Positions 7,832-18,060 of a stretch of DNA of 64,000 nt are shown here, one piece after another; within the stretch, counting starts at the first letter, position 1, and each line of letters begins with the position of its first letter. Both the position numbers and the translations under genes were made by a program. The notes below the pieces were generated by a model. The model was not told the DNA's origin, did no database searches, and worked only from the letters and a program-made list of their open reading frames with translations. This DNA is from an uncultured Candidatus Saccharibacteria bacterium (GTDB taxonomy: Bacteria; Patescibacteriota; Minisyncoccia; Phycocordibacterales; JAKAEA01): the NCBI GenBank assembly GCA_964577595.1, contig CAZNZK010000001.1, forward strand, positions 208,144 to 272,143, written 5' to 3'.

Positions 7832-8551
7832 ATGAACGAATTACCCGTGGAAATTCTTTCCGCCGGCGCCCACACCCTGGGCCTGGTACTTTCGGCCGAG
7901 CAGGTGCGCCAATTTCGGGTGTATGCCGACATGTTGCGCGAGTGGAATGGGAAGGTCAACCTCACGGCCATCACCGCCCCCCAACAAATTGTTGAAAAAC
8001 ATTTTCTTGATTCCCTATCGGTATTAACCGTCCTACCCAAAGAAGCTTTCAGCCTTGCCGATATTGGTAGTGGTGCTGGTTTCCCGGGCCTGGCTTTGGC
8101 CATCGCGCGACCAGATTGTACCGTAACGCTGATAGAGGCCACCACGAAAAAAGCCGCTTTTTTGAACGCCGTAGTCGAATCCCTGAAACTACAAAAGGTG
8201 TCCGTAGTTGTAGGCCGGGCGGAAACGTTGGCTCACGAACCAAAACTGCGAGAACGTTTTGATGTCGCCACCGCTCGGGCCGTGGCCAACCTAGTAACGC
8301 TCGTTGAGCTCACCCTGCCTTTTGTTCGCGTCGGCGGCCGCGTAATCGCTCAAAAAATGCTCGGCAGTGAATCTTTAGAAAGCGCCCTCCCCGCTATTGA
8401 GGTCTTGGGCGGCACCTACGAACAAGAGTTGGCGGTTTTATTGCCAACTCTTGCCGATAGACGCTTAATTGTAATCTCCAAGAGGAAACCGACCCCGGCT
8501 GAATACCCCCGTCGGCCCGGCATACCGGCTAAAAAGCCCTTACTGGCCTGA
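7832..8551 (+). CDS. rsmG: 16S rRNA m7G527 methyltransferase
   Basis: WN..VNLTAI, KHFLDSL, DIGSGAGFPGL, RAE, ARAVA, YPRRPGIPAKKPL. Confidence 0.95.
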   Translation: MNELPVEILSAGAHTLGLVLSAEQVRQFRVYADMLREWNGKVNLTAITAPQQIVEKHFLDSLSVLTVLPKEAFSLADIGSGAGFPGLALAIARPDCTVTLIEATTKKAAFLNAVVESLKLQKVSVVVGRAETLAHEPKLRERFDVATARAVANLVTLVELTLPFVRVGGRVIAQKMLGSESLESALPAIEVLGGTYEQELAVLLPTLADRRLIVISKRKPTPAEYPRRPGIPAKKPLLA

Positions 8552-9457
8552 TGTTTCCACAGCAGAATTGGCAGTCACGGCAGTAGAAACCGAAACTCCG
8601 AGACTTTTTAAAATGCCGGCGGCGTCGGCCCTTGCGGCAGTTAAATCCTGCGTTGCTGTTTGTAATTTTGCCCGAGCATCCTTTAGGGCGGCGGTATTTG
8701 TCCCTAGTTGTGTTTGGTTGCCCTGGTCGGGTGTTAAGTTGATAACTTCAGCCTGGGCCGCTACCGCCTGCGTTTGGGCATCGGAAACCTTCGCCGTGAA
8801 ATCGGCCATGGCGGATTGGTTGGCGGCGGAAACGGTGGAACTTGCCAGACGGGTCTGCAATTTAGCGCCGAGAGTCGTCATCATGGTAACCAAGTTTTCC
8901 ACTCGGTCAACGGCGGCGATAATGCTGGTTTGAGGCACCACCAACGCGTAGATGCGGTAGGAACCGGTTATGGACTGGCGCTCGGTGCGAATTTCAGCCG
9001 TAGAAGTGGCAGAAGCAAACGAATTCTGAAGCGTGGTAAGCGCGGCGATTTCGTTCTGAATTTCCGTTTGTAAACTCGTTTTTTCACCGGCGGACACTTT
9101 TATCATACTGTTGATGCGGGTATTTAATTTCTGCAATGCGTCAATGCGATTGCGAATTTCCACGTCGGCGACATTGATTTGGCCCGTCATGCCGGCGGTG
9201 CTTGATGCCGTCCGGCCCGCATATACGCCCGCCCGCGGCCGGGTGGACGTAGACGAGCTGAACATTCTTTTGGAGCCTTGAAATTCAGGATGACCGGAAA
9301 CAACCGCGGAGGCATTCACGCCGGCGCCAGAGCCCGTAGTAACATCGGCAGTTGCGCCGATGCCGACAGTTGCGGCGGAGGCGATAGTTCCACTAAGCGC
9401 GAGACCGATGGCGGAACCAACAAAGCCGGCCACCATAATTTTTTGTGAAAAATTCAT
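8540..9457 (-). CDS. Secreted coiled-coil hypothetical protein
   Basis: Signal peptide; long Ala/Gln-rich heptad helices. Confidence 0.7.
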   Translation of the reverse strand: MNFSQKIMVAGFVGSAIGLALSGTIASAATVGIGATADVTTGSGAGVNASAVVSGHPEFQGSKRMFSSSTSTRPRAGVYAGRTASSTAGMTGQINVADVEIRNRIDALQKLNTRINSMIKVSAGEKTSLQTEIQNEIAALTTLQNSFASATSTAEIRTERQSITGSYRIYALVVPQTSIIAAVDRVENLVTMMTTLGAKLQTRLASSTVSAANQSAMADFTAKVSDAQTQAVAAQAEVINLTPDQGNQTQLGTNTAALKDARAKLQTATQDLTAARADAAGILKSLGVSVSTAVTANSAVETSGQ

Positions 9458-9480
9458 AGATATATAATTACGCGAATAAA

Positions 9481-9774
9481 TTACTGGGCACTGGCCTGCA
9501 TGCTCTGGTTAACCGTGGCGGAATCGTCATTAAGCCCCTGCATCTGACCGTTAATGGAGGCGGCATCCTGGCCCAAGGCGGCATTGGAAGAATCGCTTGA
9601 GGAGGTGGTCAGCCCGCTTTCAGACGCGGCCGTTTGTGAAGCTGGGGCTGGCATGGTGGTTTCCGTGGAAACAGGAGCAGACGACCCCCCGCCCAATGAA
9701 CCAAGGTACCAGATACCGAGGACAATGATAATGATCACAATGACCGCCATGACGATTTTGCTGGTAGTTGACAT
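9481..9774 (-). CDS. Small membrane-anchored hypothetical protein
   Basis: N-terminal TM helix, Ser/Ala-rich tail. Confidence 0.65.
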   Translation of the reverse strand: MSTTSKIVMAVIVIIIIVLGIWYLGSLGGGSSAPVSTETTMPAPASQTAASESGLTTSSSDSSNAALGQDAASINGQMQGLNDDSATVNQSMQASAQ

Positions 9775-9829
9775 GATTAATTAAAATTAGGATTAATGAA
9801 CAACGACACACCTTAAATAGTACAGGGTA

Positions 9830-11053
9830 TTATTCGTAGCGCAAGGCCTCAATGGGGTTAAGATTGGCCGCACGCCGAGCCGGATAATAGCCGAAAGCAA
9901 TGCCAATAACTGCGCACACGCCAAATGCCAGGAATATTGACGGGATGGAAATTGCGGCGTTTAAGAGGCCAGTAGCACTCACCAAGAGAGCTATGCCGCA
10001 ACCCAGGATGATACCGATCACTCCGCCGACAAACGTCAGCAGAATTGATTCCATCAAGAACTGCTTGTTGATGTCGCTGCGCTTGGCGCCAATAGCTTTG
10101 CGTAGACCGATTTCGCGGGTGCGCTCGGTGACGGTGGTAAGCATCATATTCATAATGCCGATGCCTCCAACGAGGAGTGAAATACCAGCCACTGAGGCAA
10201 GCAGAATAGTGAGCGTGGTGGTAACACTTGAAGCCGTAGAAAGAATGTCGGCCTGATTCACAATACTGAAATCGGCATTGGCGGGGTTAGTGATTTTGTG
10301 TTGAGCTAGAAGAATGGTGGTGGCGTCATTTTGAACTTGTGTCATAGCCGCTGCACTGGCCGCTTGAATATTAATGTCGCTGACGTATTGGTTTCCAGTC
10401 ATAAAAAGCTGAGCATCCTGAAGCGGAATATAGACGCGGTCATCGGTATTGCCAATATTACTGCCACCCTTACTCGCGGCGACGCCAATAACGGTGAATT
10501 CCATGCCTTTGATGGTAACAACCTGCCCTACGGGCTCACTACCGTCGGTGAAGAGGTCGGCGGCAGTTGTGGGGCCAAGCACTGCGACGCGAGCCAAACT
10601 ACTGGCCTGCTGATCGGTAAAAAAAGTGCCGTCGGGAATACTGAGATTACGCACTGTGGTATACGCCGCAACAGTGCCGTCAATGGTGGTATTAGTGTTG
10701 TTGGCACCCACAACTACCTGCTGGCGACTAGTGACTTCCGGAGCAACGGCGGTAACATTGGCCACTTGGCTGGTAATAGCCGTGGCGTCGGCGGCGGTGA
10801 GGCTTTGAGCACTGCCGCGGCCGGCTGAAGCTCCAGCGCCAATAACACGAGCGGCGGAAGGGGTAACCACAAGGAGATTTGAGCCGAGCGATTGAATAGA
10901 CGACTGAATGGAGCCGCTGGCACCATTACCCACCGCGATCATCGCGATAACGGAAGCAATGCCGATAACAATACCCAGAACAGTTAGGCCGGAACGCACT
11001 TTATTAGAAAGGAGCGCGGCGGTTGTCTCGTGAAAAAGATCTTTGGTGTTCAT
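9830..11053 (-). CDS. MacB/FtsX-family ABC transporter permease
   Basis: RS.LT.LGIVIGIASVI, ISLLVGGIGIMNMML.TVTERTREIGLRKAIGA, PARRAA.LNPIEALRYE. Confidence 0.95.
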   Translation of the reverse strand: MNTKDLFHETTAALLSNKVRSGLTVLGIVIGIASVIAMIAVGNGASGSIQSSIQSLGSNLLVVTPSAARVIGAGASAGRGSAQSLTAADATAITSQVANVTAVAPEVTSRQQVVVGANNTNTTIDGTVAAYTTVRNLSIPDGTFFTDQQASSLARVAVLGPTTAADLFTDGSEPVGQVVTIKGMEFTVIGVAASKGGSNIGNTDDRVYIPLQDAQLFMTGNQYVSDINIQAASAAAMTQVQNDATTILLAQHKITNPANADFSIVNQADILSTASSVTTTLTILLASVAGISLLVGGIGIMNMMLTTVTERTREIGLRKAIGAKRSDINKQFLMESILLTFVGGVIGIILGCGIALLVSATGLLNAAISIPSIFLAFGVCAVIGIAFGYYPARRAANLNPIEALRYE

Positions 11054-11778
11054 GAGGTTTTTGTTAACAGATTTTTATCTATGACCTTTTTGTGTTTGTT
11101 GGGACTATCGTCCACAATAACCCCGTCTCGAATATGAATAATGCGGTCGGCGTGCGCGGCAATATCGGGCTCGTGGGTAATAAGCACAATAGTACGCTTC
11201 TGCTCTTCATTGAGCCGCTGAAATGTGCCCATGACGATTTCGCCGGTGCGGGTATCTAAGTTGCCGGTGGGCTCGTCGGCCATAATGAGCGCGGGATTAT
11301 TCACCAGAGCGCGGGCGATAGCCACACGCTGTATCTGCCCGCCGGAAAGTTGGTTGGAAAAATGTTGCCAGCGGTTTTCGGGTAAGCCGGCGGCAATGAG
11401 CGCCTGGCCGGCTCGGCGCTCCCGCTCTTCCTCGCTCACCGCTCCGCTATACATAAGTGGCAAAAGAACATTACGCATAACCGTGGCCCGCGAAAGAAGG
11501 TTGAATGATTGAAATACGAAGCCGATTTTTTGAGAACGAATGCCGGCGAGCTCGTCATCGGTCATTTTAGAAACATCGTGTTCGTCTAAAATATACGTGC
11601 CAGATGTCGGCGTATCCAAGCATCCTAAAATATGCATAAGCGTAGATTTTCCAGAACCGGATGGCCCCATAATAGCTACAAACTCGCCATCATGAATAGT
11701 GAACGAGACGTTGTCTAGTGCCCGCGTTTCTGTATCGCCGTTGCGATATATTTTAACGATATTTTTACAAACGATCAT
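11050..11778 (-). CDS. MacB/LolD-type ABC transporter ATP-binding protein
   Basis: [37 protein letters not shown]; start at MIVCK (11778). Confidence 0.95.
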   Translation of the reverse strand: MIVCKNIVKIYRNGDTETRALDNVSFTIHDGEFVAIMGPSGSGKSTLMHILGCLDTPTSGTYILDEHDVSKMTDDELAGIRSQKIGFVFQSFNLLSRATVMRNVLLPLMYSGAVSEEERERRAGQALIAAGLPENRWQHFSNQLSGGQIQRVAIARALVNNPALIMADEPTGNLDTRTGEIVMGTFQRLNEEQKRTIVLITHEPDIAAHADRIIHIRDGVIVDDSPNKHKKVIDKNLLTKTS

Positions 11779-11779
11779 A

Positions 11780-13651
11780 CTAGAAAGCTCTAATAGCCGC
11801 CGCTCCGCCACCAGCTCGGGCGGCTCCACCTCCACCAAGAGCGCCGAAACCTCCACCCCCAAAGCCACCCGCGGCGCGCGTAGTAGCCGCTGCTGCGGGT
11901 GACGCCGTGGCGCCTCCCCCAGCGGATGTTTGGGTAATAATGAAATCCCCTTCGTTAACACCAGAAAGAATCTCTGTTTGGGTGCCATTGGTTAAGCCGA
12001 CAGTGACCGTAACATTTTGCGGCTTAGTGGCGGTGGTTACTTGCCCAGCTGCCGTGGCAATACCCGGCAACTCCTGCACATACGAACCTCGGCCGCCCGC
12101 GAGGCTTTTAACTGCCGCGCTAGCAATGATAATGGTATTGCTGTGCGACTGCGTAATAATGTTCGCGGTCACACTCATACCGGGCTTGATTTCCGTCAAA
12201 GTAGTTTGAAAATTCTGCTCAAAATTTTGAGCTGTTGTGGTAGCTAGCGTAGAAGAAGCGGTGCGACGGCCACCAGATGCTCCCCCATTTCCGCCTAGAA
12301 ACTGGGCAAATCCTTGCGTGCTGGTCGCGAGTGCTAATTTTACGTCGTAATCAACCACACCTGAGCTAACGGTACCGACCAGCGACATTTGCGAAACAGT
12401 GGCGGGAATAGTGATGTTGGGCAAAGCGCTAAAGGTTAGCGTCGCCAAATCGCCAACATGCACCGTAGCCGCATCAACTTCATTGAGTGAAATGTCAGCG
12501 ATTTTTTGAGTGGTGGTGAGTGTGGCCACGGCGGTTGAACCACCAGCAATAGCGCCCACTTGCACACCAACTGAACCCACCTGGCCCGCAAACGGAGCGG
12601 TAACACGAGTGTCGGCGTAATTATTCTGGGCGGTTTGGAGCGACACTTGGGCATTATCAAGACTGGCCTGAGCGCTTGTTACATCAGCATTGGTTGGGGG
12701 TGCGGTATTAACATTGTAATTAGTTTGCGCCGTAAGAAGCGACTGGTTGCTGGAGGTAACGCTGGCGATTTGCGCGTCTATATTTTGCAGAGCCGAAGCG
12801 ACGGTAGACTTAAAAGCACTGACGTTACTGGAATATTTGGTGTACTGGGCCGAGACATTATAGACGCTATTGGAAAGGTCATTGAGAAAATTGGCCATAT
12901 ATTGCAGATTGGTCAGCGTTAGCGAAACGTGCGGTGTGAGGTTGGTTGTGCTTGCCTGCAAAGAAAGCGAACTTGCATCAGCCTGCCAAACCGGCATAAG
13001 AGTGTTGAGTTCGGCACGTTCACCATTAACTTTTGCCACCAGCGCTATGTCGGTAGGAGCAAAAGTTACTAAATTACCATTGGAATCTAAAAAGCTTAGA
13101 GAAAACGAGGGGTCAATGTTGGCGCCGGTAAACATCGTGTCAACATCGGTGCGAAGTGTGCTGTTGGTTTGCGTATAAGCACTGATGAGCTCTGTTACAA
13201 GCGATTGTGTGGCATTAGTGACCGAGGCCTGATTGGCGGCAACCTGTTCGGGAGTTAGGCCGTCTACCACCTTTTCATAGCTCGCTTCCGCGCTTTCCAA
13301 ATTAGCCTTAGCTTGCTGGAGAGAAAGTAGGGCGCTGCGATCATCAAGCACGGCTAATGTCTGGCCAACGGCGACCATATCGCCAGGAGCCACCAAAACA
13401 GCCATCACTTGGCCACCACTGCCTTGTGGCGTGACACTAATTTGATTAACCCCCTGCACCTGACCAGTACCGCTTACTGTTTGTGAAATAGTGCCAAGCC
13501 GAGCCGCCGCAAGCGTGTAGGAAGGTACAATAACCTTACCAGCGCCAGTCGCAATAGCAGCGCCTTCCAGAATAACCGCCACCACAATAACACTACTGAT
13601 GATTTTATGGGCCCGAGCATAAGAAAATATTTTTGAAAAGAATTTTTTCAT
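11780..13651 (-). CDS. MacA/HlyD-family membrane fusion (adaptor) protein with long helical insert
   Basis: N-terminal TM, lipoyl-like half motifs (V.PGD.V..GQ.L..LD; APFAGQV), E.D...V..G, IKPGMSVTANI, VTVGLTNG..TEILSG..EGD. Confidence 0.88.
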   Translation of the reverse strand: MKKFFSKIFSYARAHKIISSVIVVAVILEGAAIATGAGKVIVPSYTLAAARLGTISQTVSGTGQVQGVNQISVTPQGSGGQVMAVLVAPGDMVAVGQTLAVLDDRSALLSLQQAKANLESAEASYEKVVDGLTPEQVAANQASVTNATQSLVTELISAYTQTNSTLRTDVDTMFTGANIDPSFSLSFLDSNGNLVTFAPTDIALVAKVNGERAELNTLMPVWQADASSLSLQASTTNLTPHVSLTLTNLQYMANFLNDLSNSVYNVSAQYTKYSSNVSAFKSTVASALQNIDAQIASVTSSNQSLLTAQTNYNVNTAPPTNADVTSAQASLDNAQVSLQTAQNNYADTRVTAPFAGQVGSVGVQVGAIAGGSTAVATLTTTQKIADISLNEVDAATVHVGDLATLTFSALPNITIPATVSQMSLVGTVSSGVVDYDVKLALATSTQGFAQFLGGNGGASGGRRTASSTLATTTAQNFEQNFQTTLTEIKPGMSVTANIITQSHSNTIIIASAAVKSLAGGRGSYVQELPGIATAAGQVTTATKPQNVTVTVGLTNGTQTEILSGVNEGDFIITQTSAGGGATASPAAAATTRAAGGFGGGGFGALGGGGAARAGGGAAAIRAF

Positions 13652-13674
13652 GGCAAAACGATTATTATAAATAT

Positions 13675-14088
13675 TTATTGTTGCGATGGCGGTGGCGGCA
13701 ACAGGCGAATAATACTGGCTATGATTTCACCCTGAGTATTGGGCACACCAATAACAGCGATATTTTGGCCGATCTGTAAAGAAATGGTGGATGAAGCAGT
13801 ATTCATCATGCCAGCAGGAACCAAAACAATTTTATCTACCCCATCATGCGCGTCATGAATTGTTACCGTGCTCGTAGCGTCCCGAACCGCGCTTATTGCG
13901 GTAATAACACCTGCCGCACCGTGGTCATTTAAAAGCCGCATGGGCGGTGTGCCATGAAAATGTTCCCATTCGTCGGAATATTCCGCCTGATGATAACCAA
14001 CCATAACACCGGCGCGGAAGGCCAATAAAACTACTACCAGACCGGCAATACCGACGATTATCCAAATAATAGTTTTAGAAGGATGCAT
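13675..14088 (-). CDS. Membrane-anchored hypothetical protein (DUF5666-like OB repeat possible)
   Basis: TM helix followed by GVITAI...LQIGQNIAVIG...IIAS.IR. Confidence 0.6.
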   Translation of the reverse strand: MHPSKTIIWIIVGIAGLVVVLLAFRAGVMVGYHQAEYSDEWEHFHGTPPMRLLNDHGAAGVITAISAVRDATSTVTIHDAHDGVDKIVLVPAGMMNTASSTISLQIGQNIAVIGVPNTQGEIIASIIRLLPPPPSQQ

Positions 14089-14099
14089 ATACGATAATT

Positions 14100-14516
14100 T
14101 TAATAGGCAACGCGCGTGTATCGCTTACTGAAACCAATAACTTTTTCGGCCGACCACAACACCACACCGATAGCCACCGCCGCAACCGCTAAAGTGGTTG
14201 CCGGTAAAGATTCACCAATAGACGTGAGAATTTCACTCAAATGAGCCAAAAGAAGCGAAGGGTTGGTGCTTGCCAATGCCCAGAATTGGTTAAGATATGT
14301 TCCCAAGCCCGACGTAGCCGCTTCTTTGTAAAAGAAAATGCCAGCCGTGGCCAAGCCAGCTGTCGCAACAGCGGCAACACACGACCACGCCAAAAGAGCG
14401 CGGCGCACAATATGGCGTGCTTTTTCTAAATCAACACGACGAAGAATGCGCATCAGTAAGCCGGCGGGTGGTGCCAGTCGTTCGGCACAAAGAATAGTAA
14501 CCTGATTTTCTTTCAT
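14100..14516 (-). CDS. Putative membrane anti-sigma factor
   Basis: Directly downstream of the ECF sigma gene; PP.GL..RIL..V N-terminus and two TM segments. Confidence 0.55.
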   Translation of the reverse strand: MKENQVTILCAERLAPPAGLLMRILRRVDLEKARHIVRRALLAWSCVAAVATAGLATAGIFFYKEAATSGLGTYLNQFWALASTNPSLLLAHLSEILTSIGESLPATTLAVAAVAIGVVLWSAEKVIGFSKRYTRVAY

Positions 14517-14570
14517 GATTGTAGCTATATGAGCATTATACGCGAGGGCTTGGCGTTTGGGTGCATTTTT

Positions 14571-15152
14571 CTAACGCCGCCCTTCCATAAAGCGTCGCAA
14601 AAGGGCGACAGCCCGGCGGTAATGACTCTTGACCGTATTAGCCGACTTGTTAAGTGTTTCAGCTATTTCGCGAAAGGTTAGCTGACTATCTAGACGTAAA
14701 AGCACCACAGCTCGATATTCAGGCGGCAAAGAATCCAGACCGGCGGTTAATTTTTCCTTCGTCAGTCGTTCATCAAAACGCTCCGACGCCGGCGACTCGT
14801 CGGCCACCACCGTCTCTTCAAAACTAGTACCGCCCTGCCCATCATCCAGCTCGGAAAAAGCAACTGGCCGCTTTTTCTTGAGCCAATCCAGAGCAGTATT
14901 TTTGGCGATAGTAAAAAGCCAGGTACGAAAATTGCGCGATGTGTCAAAACGCCCAAGATTTTTCCATACTTTAACAAAAACCTCCTGAACAATATCCTCA
15001 GCCTCGCCACCATAGCCAACGTAGCGGGCTACAAAACTATACACAGCAGAAAGATGTGCGTTTACGAGCTCGGAAAAAGCTTTTTGGTCACCGGCACGAT
15101 AACGAATAATGCGAGATGCGTCATTGTTGGCATCAGTAGTTGAAATTTTCAT
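14571..15152 (-). CDS. ECF-type RNA polymerase sigma-70 factor
   Basis: GDQKAFSELV, AEDIVQEVFVKVW, FRTWLFTIAKN, LTFREIAETL...TVKS...RA. Confidence 0.93.
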   Translation of the reverse strand: MKISTTDANNDASRIIRYRAGDQKAFSELVNAHLSAVYSFVARYVGYGGEAEDIVQEVFVKVWKNLGRFDTSRNFRTWLFTIAKNTALDWLKKKRPVAFSELDDGQGGTSFEETVVADESPASERFDERLTKEKLTAGLDSLPPEYRAVVLLRLDSQLTFREIAETLNKSANTVKSHYRRAVALLRRFMEGRR

Positions 15153-16455
15153 AATGAATATGACGATGTGGTACACCAAGCGCTTTCAGAGCCACTATGG
15201 CTTTTTTCATCATTATTGGCGGCCCGCACAAATACACGTCACGCTCGGCCACATCGGGCACCAACTCGGTAATGGCGACGGCGTCAATAAAGCCATGGCG
15301 ACTGCCTGGTACGTGCTCATCAGAAACGAAGGTCGTTACGGCTACACGCTTGGCAAGCGCTATTCTGTCAAATTCTGGAAGAAATGCCAGTTCGGATTCG
15401 GCGCGCACGGCAAAGAGGACTGCCGCATCGGTCCCGGCCAGCAAGGTGTCAACTAGCGCGCGAATAGGCGTCACGCCGATACCGCCCGCCAAAAACAGAA
15501 ATTTTTTAGTGGCGGCGTGCCGCAGAGTAAAACCGCCGAGCGGCCCATCTAGCACTACCCGCGTGCCTGGTAGAATTTTCGGCACTTCATTAGTAAAATC
15601 CCCTACCCCCTTCATGGAAAAACGCAGATTTTTACCATTTGGCCCCGCGGAAAAAGAAAATGGATGCGTGTACCAATGGTCGCGTGTCAAAAACGTTACG
15701 TTGGCATACTGGCCGGCTTCAAAATAGAATTTTTCCATATTTTGACCGGTAATGTAGACCGACCACACTGTGGGTGTCTCTTGCACCACTTTCTCCACGT
15801 AAAAACGGTGCCGCGCGAAAAGCCACAGCGGCCGCAAAAAGCGATAGAGCAACACCAAGCCAAACACAAAAAAGTTTATAACGAGCCAATAATAAAGACC
15901 GACACCGCTTGAAACGTCAGCAGTGTTTATTTGATGTGAAAAAGCCAAAACAATGGCGACATACACAAGGAGGTGCACAAAATACCAGGTTTCGTAACAT
16001 AATTTTTTACGAATAATGGCCAATGAGATACCGACCATAATAATAAGAATACATAGAGCCAAAAACGCCTTGAACACGTCGTCCCAGCTGGTGAGGAAGG
16101 TCAAAAACTGCCCCCACGTTGCCGAAACACTAAAAACGCCCGTACCAAGAGCGCTATAGCCGAGCGACAAAGCAATGGGATGAAAAACCAAGAGGCCAAG
16201 CGCCGCAAAGCCGAGCTTGCGATGATAGCGATTGAGCTTATCAAAGCCATAGTTGCGTTCCAAAAGCTGAACGCGGCCAATGAGTACCAGTTGCGTTAAA
16301 ATGAAAAATTCTCCAAGCAATCCCGCCAAACGTCCGCCGGCAATAAAAATTTCCGGCAATGAGCCGGTTATATATGTATGCGAGCCCAACAACCACAAAC
16401 CAAGAATAACCGTCAGGTTAATGAGCCATAGAATCAATAAAATATGCTTTTTCAT
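15133..16455 (-). CDS. Ferric reductase-like transmembrane protein with FNR-type FAD/NAD domain
   Basis: TM His residues (RYHRKLG, FHPI, W..VH, FSH), HPFS, G.FT, DGPLG.F, AGGIGVTP, YLCGP, HYENF. Confidence 0.9.
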   Translation of the reverse strand: MKKHILLILWLINLTVILGLWLLGSHTYITGSLPEIFIAGGRLAGLLGEFFILTQLVLIGRVQLLERNYGFDKLNRYHRKLGFAALGLLVFHPIALSLGYSALGTGVFSVSATWGQFLTFLTSWDDVFKAFLALCILIIMVGISLAIIRKKLCYETWYFVHLLVYVAIVLAFSHQINTADVSSGVGLYYWLVINFFVFGLVLLYRFLRPLWLFARHRFYVEKVVQETPTVWSVYITGQNMEKFYFEAGQYANVTFLTRDHWYTHPFSFSAGPNGKNLRFSMKGVGDFTNEVPKILPGTRVVLDGPLGGFTLRHAATKKFLFLAGGIGVTPIRALVDTLLAGTDAAVLFAVRAESELAFLPEFDRIALAKRVAVTTFVSDEHVPGSRHGFIDAVAITELVPDVAERDVYLCGPPIMMKKAIVALKALGVPHRHIHYENFNY

Positions 16456-16862
16456 TACTGCGCCAGCGTACCAATTTTATACTGCGGTGCTACAGTATTT
16501 TCCACATTTTGGGCGGCGTGCGTTGGTACGGAATGAAAAAGAGCTGAAGCGTCTTTACCGCAACCGCGCAAAATTGCTCGACCACCCGGATGTATGGGAA
16601 TAAACGTGGTGACATCATACACATTTCCATCAATAGCCAGCCAGCAACTCGTCGCAGTGGAGTGTTGGGCAATTTGGGCTAAGGTATACGTGTTGGCAGC
16701 TGGTGTGGAAGATGCTGTTATGGGAGTGCTTGTCGCTATCGGCGTGGGCGTTACGGCGGTTGGTACACCAGAAGACCCTTGATACCCAGCAGTTGCCCAT
16801 ACCGCCAAAGCAATAATCACCAGCGCCAAAATTACCAATGCAGGAATATAAGGTTTTTTCAT
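16455..16862 (-). CDS. Membrane-anchored cytochrome b5-like heme-binding protein
   Basis: YTLAQIAQH....CWLAIDGNVYDVT.FI..HPGG...L..CGKDAS..F...H...YKIGTL. Confidence 0.9.
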   Translation of the reverse strand: MKKPYIPALVILALVIIALAVWATAGYQGSSGVPTAVTPTPIATSTPITASSTPAANTYTLAQIAQHSTATSCWLAIDGNVYDVTTFIPIHPGGRAILRGCGKDASALFHSVPTHAAQNVENTVAPQYKIGTLAQ

Positions 16863-16945
16863 AGTGGATATGTATTTATACGACTAAAATTACCGTTAGG
16901 ATGCCGTAGTATAACAGATTTTCATTTTGAGAAAAAACGGGCAAG

Positions 16946-16992
16946 AAAAAAGCGCGTTCTCCCCACAAATACAAATGGGAGAAACGCGCTAC
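16946..16992 (-). terminator. Intrinsic terminator
   Basis: AGCGCGTTCTCCC...GGGAGAAACGCGCT stem next to an A-tract, downstream of 17030..17962. Confidence 0.6.
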
Positions 16993-17029
16993 CAAAGTTG
17001 GCGGATGAGGCCCTTTGGCTTTTTGTTAC

Positions 17030-17962
17030 TTAGTGACGTCCGCCACCACCGCTACGGGAACCGCCGCCAGTGTTGCACACCGGAGCCTGCCGACAAATTG
17101 GAGTCGAGACACACACAGGCGCAAGACGACACGGGGGAGCCGGCGGGCAATAGCTCACCGGCCGCACAGGCGCACAGTAAGAAACTGAGCGATAGGATGG
17201 CTGAGCGCAGGACTGGTTGTAACCGCCGCTACTGCGCCCGCCGCCTATGGAAAGCCCACCAAGATTCAAGTTAATGTTGTTACCGTTGAGGTAACTGCTG
17301 GTGTAGCCGCCATTATTGACGCCGGCATTGTAACCGGCACTGCTATCGCATGGCTGGGGATAGCTTGCGGGATACGTGGGCGAATAGGCCGCCTGCACGG
17401 GCACATCGCACTGCGATGACGCCCAGGGCCTGGGAGGCAAATACGCCACCGTCTGATTCGGCTGAGACACGTACACCGTCGCCGCCCCGCCTTGCGACTG
17501 CCACTGAATGGAAGAAGCTTGCGGGGCTTGGGTTGCCGCCGGTGCTACCTGCGCATACTGCGACCGCTGCTGACTGGCGCTTTGGAGATGATCAATCCGG
17601 GTGGAAAGTTCATCAACCTTGCGCTCCAACGCGGAGAGCTGCTGGCCCTGCGCATCCTGTTTGTCCTGGACTGTCTTCAGCCCGTTACCAACGGAACCGA
17701 TTTGACCTTCCAATTTGGACTCGTTTTCCTGGAGCTTGTTGAGCATTTCAGCAAGCTGCAGGTCGGCGGCCGAAGTGGCCGGAGCAGGGGTGAAAGCCGG
17801 GGCTTCAATGCGCTTGATGGGTTCGGGCTGGGCCGGCACAGTTGCTGGCGCACAGCCGTCGCAGGGGGGTTTGTAATAGGACGGACCATCCGCCATCACA
17901 TTCCCCGAGGCGGCCGCAATGGCCGCGCACACGATGGTGCTGACAAAGAACTTCGTGGTCAT
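17030..17962 (-). CDS. Secreted hypothetical protein with coiled coil and Cys/Pro-rich low-complexity tail
   Basis: Signal peptide; AAGGAG SD; own promoter and terminator. Confidence 0.7.
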   Translation of the reverse strand: MTTKFFVSTIVCAAIAAASGNVMADGPSYYKPPCDGCAPATVPAQPEPIKRIEAPAFTPAPATSAADLQLAEMLNKLQENESKLEGQIGSVGNGLKTVQDKQDAQGQQLSALERKVDELSTRIDHLQSASQQRSQYAQVAPAATQAPQASSIQWQSQGGAATVYVSQPNQTVAYLPPRPWASSQCDVPVQAAYSPTYPASYPQPCDSSAGYNAGVNNGGYTSSYLNGNNINLNLGGLSIGGGRSSGGYNQSCAQPSYRSVSYCAPVRPVSYCPPAPPCRLAPVCVSTPICRQAPVCNTGGGSRSGGGGRH

Positions 17963-18006
17963 TGTAGGCTCCTTTCAAAAAAAGCTGTTGTGACCGTACT
18001 GAAGTA

Positions 18007-18034
18007 ATTATAGCACACCTAACTATTCTGTCAA
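18007..18034 (-). promoter_or_regulatory. Consensus sigma70 promoter
   Basis: TTGACA-16 nt-TATAAT with TGn extended -10. Confidence 0.7.
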
Positions 18035-18060
18035 GGCCGTGGTGGCCCTTTAAAATGGCT

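Noticed and set aside
11779-11988. Long N-terminal extension of the ABC ATPase; similar extensions at 7791, 15179, 50383, 54003, 59391 and 62743
   Set aside because: The extensions overlap neighbouring genes, promoters or repeats, or add no recognisable sequence; downstream ATGs match the family starts.
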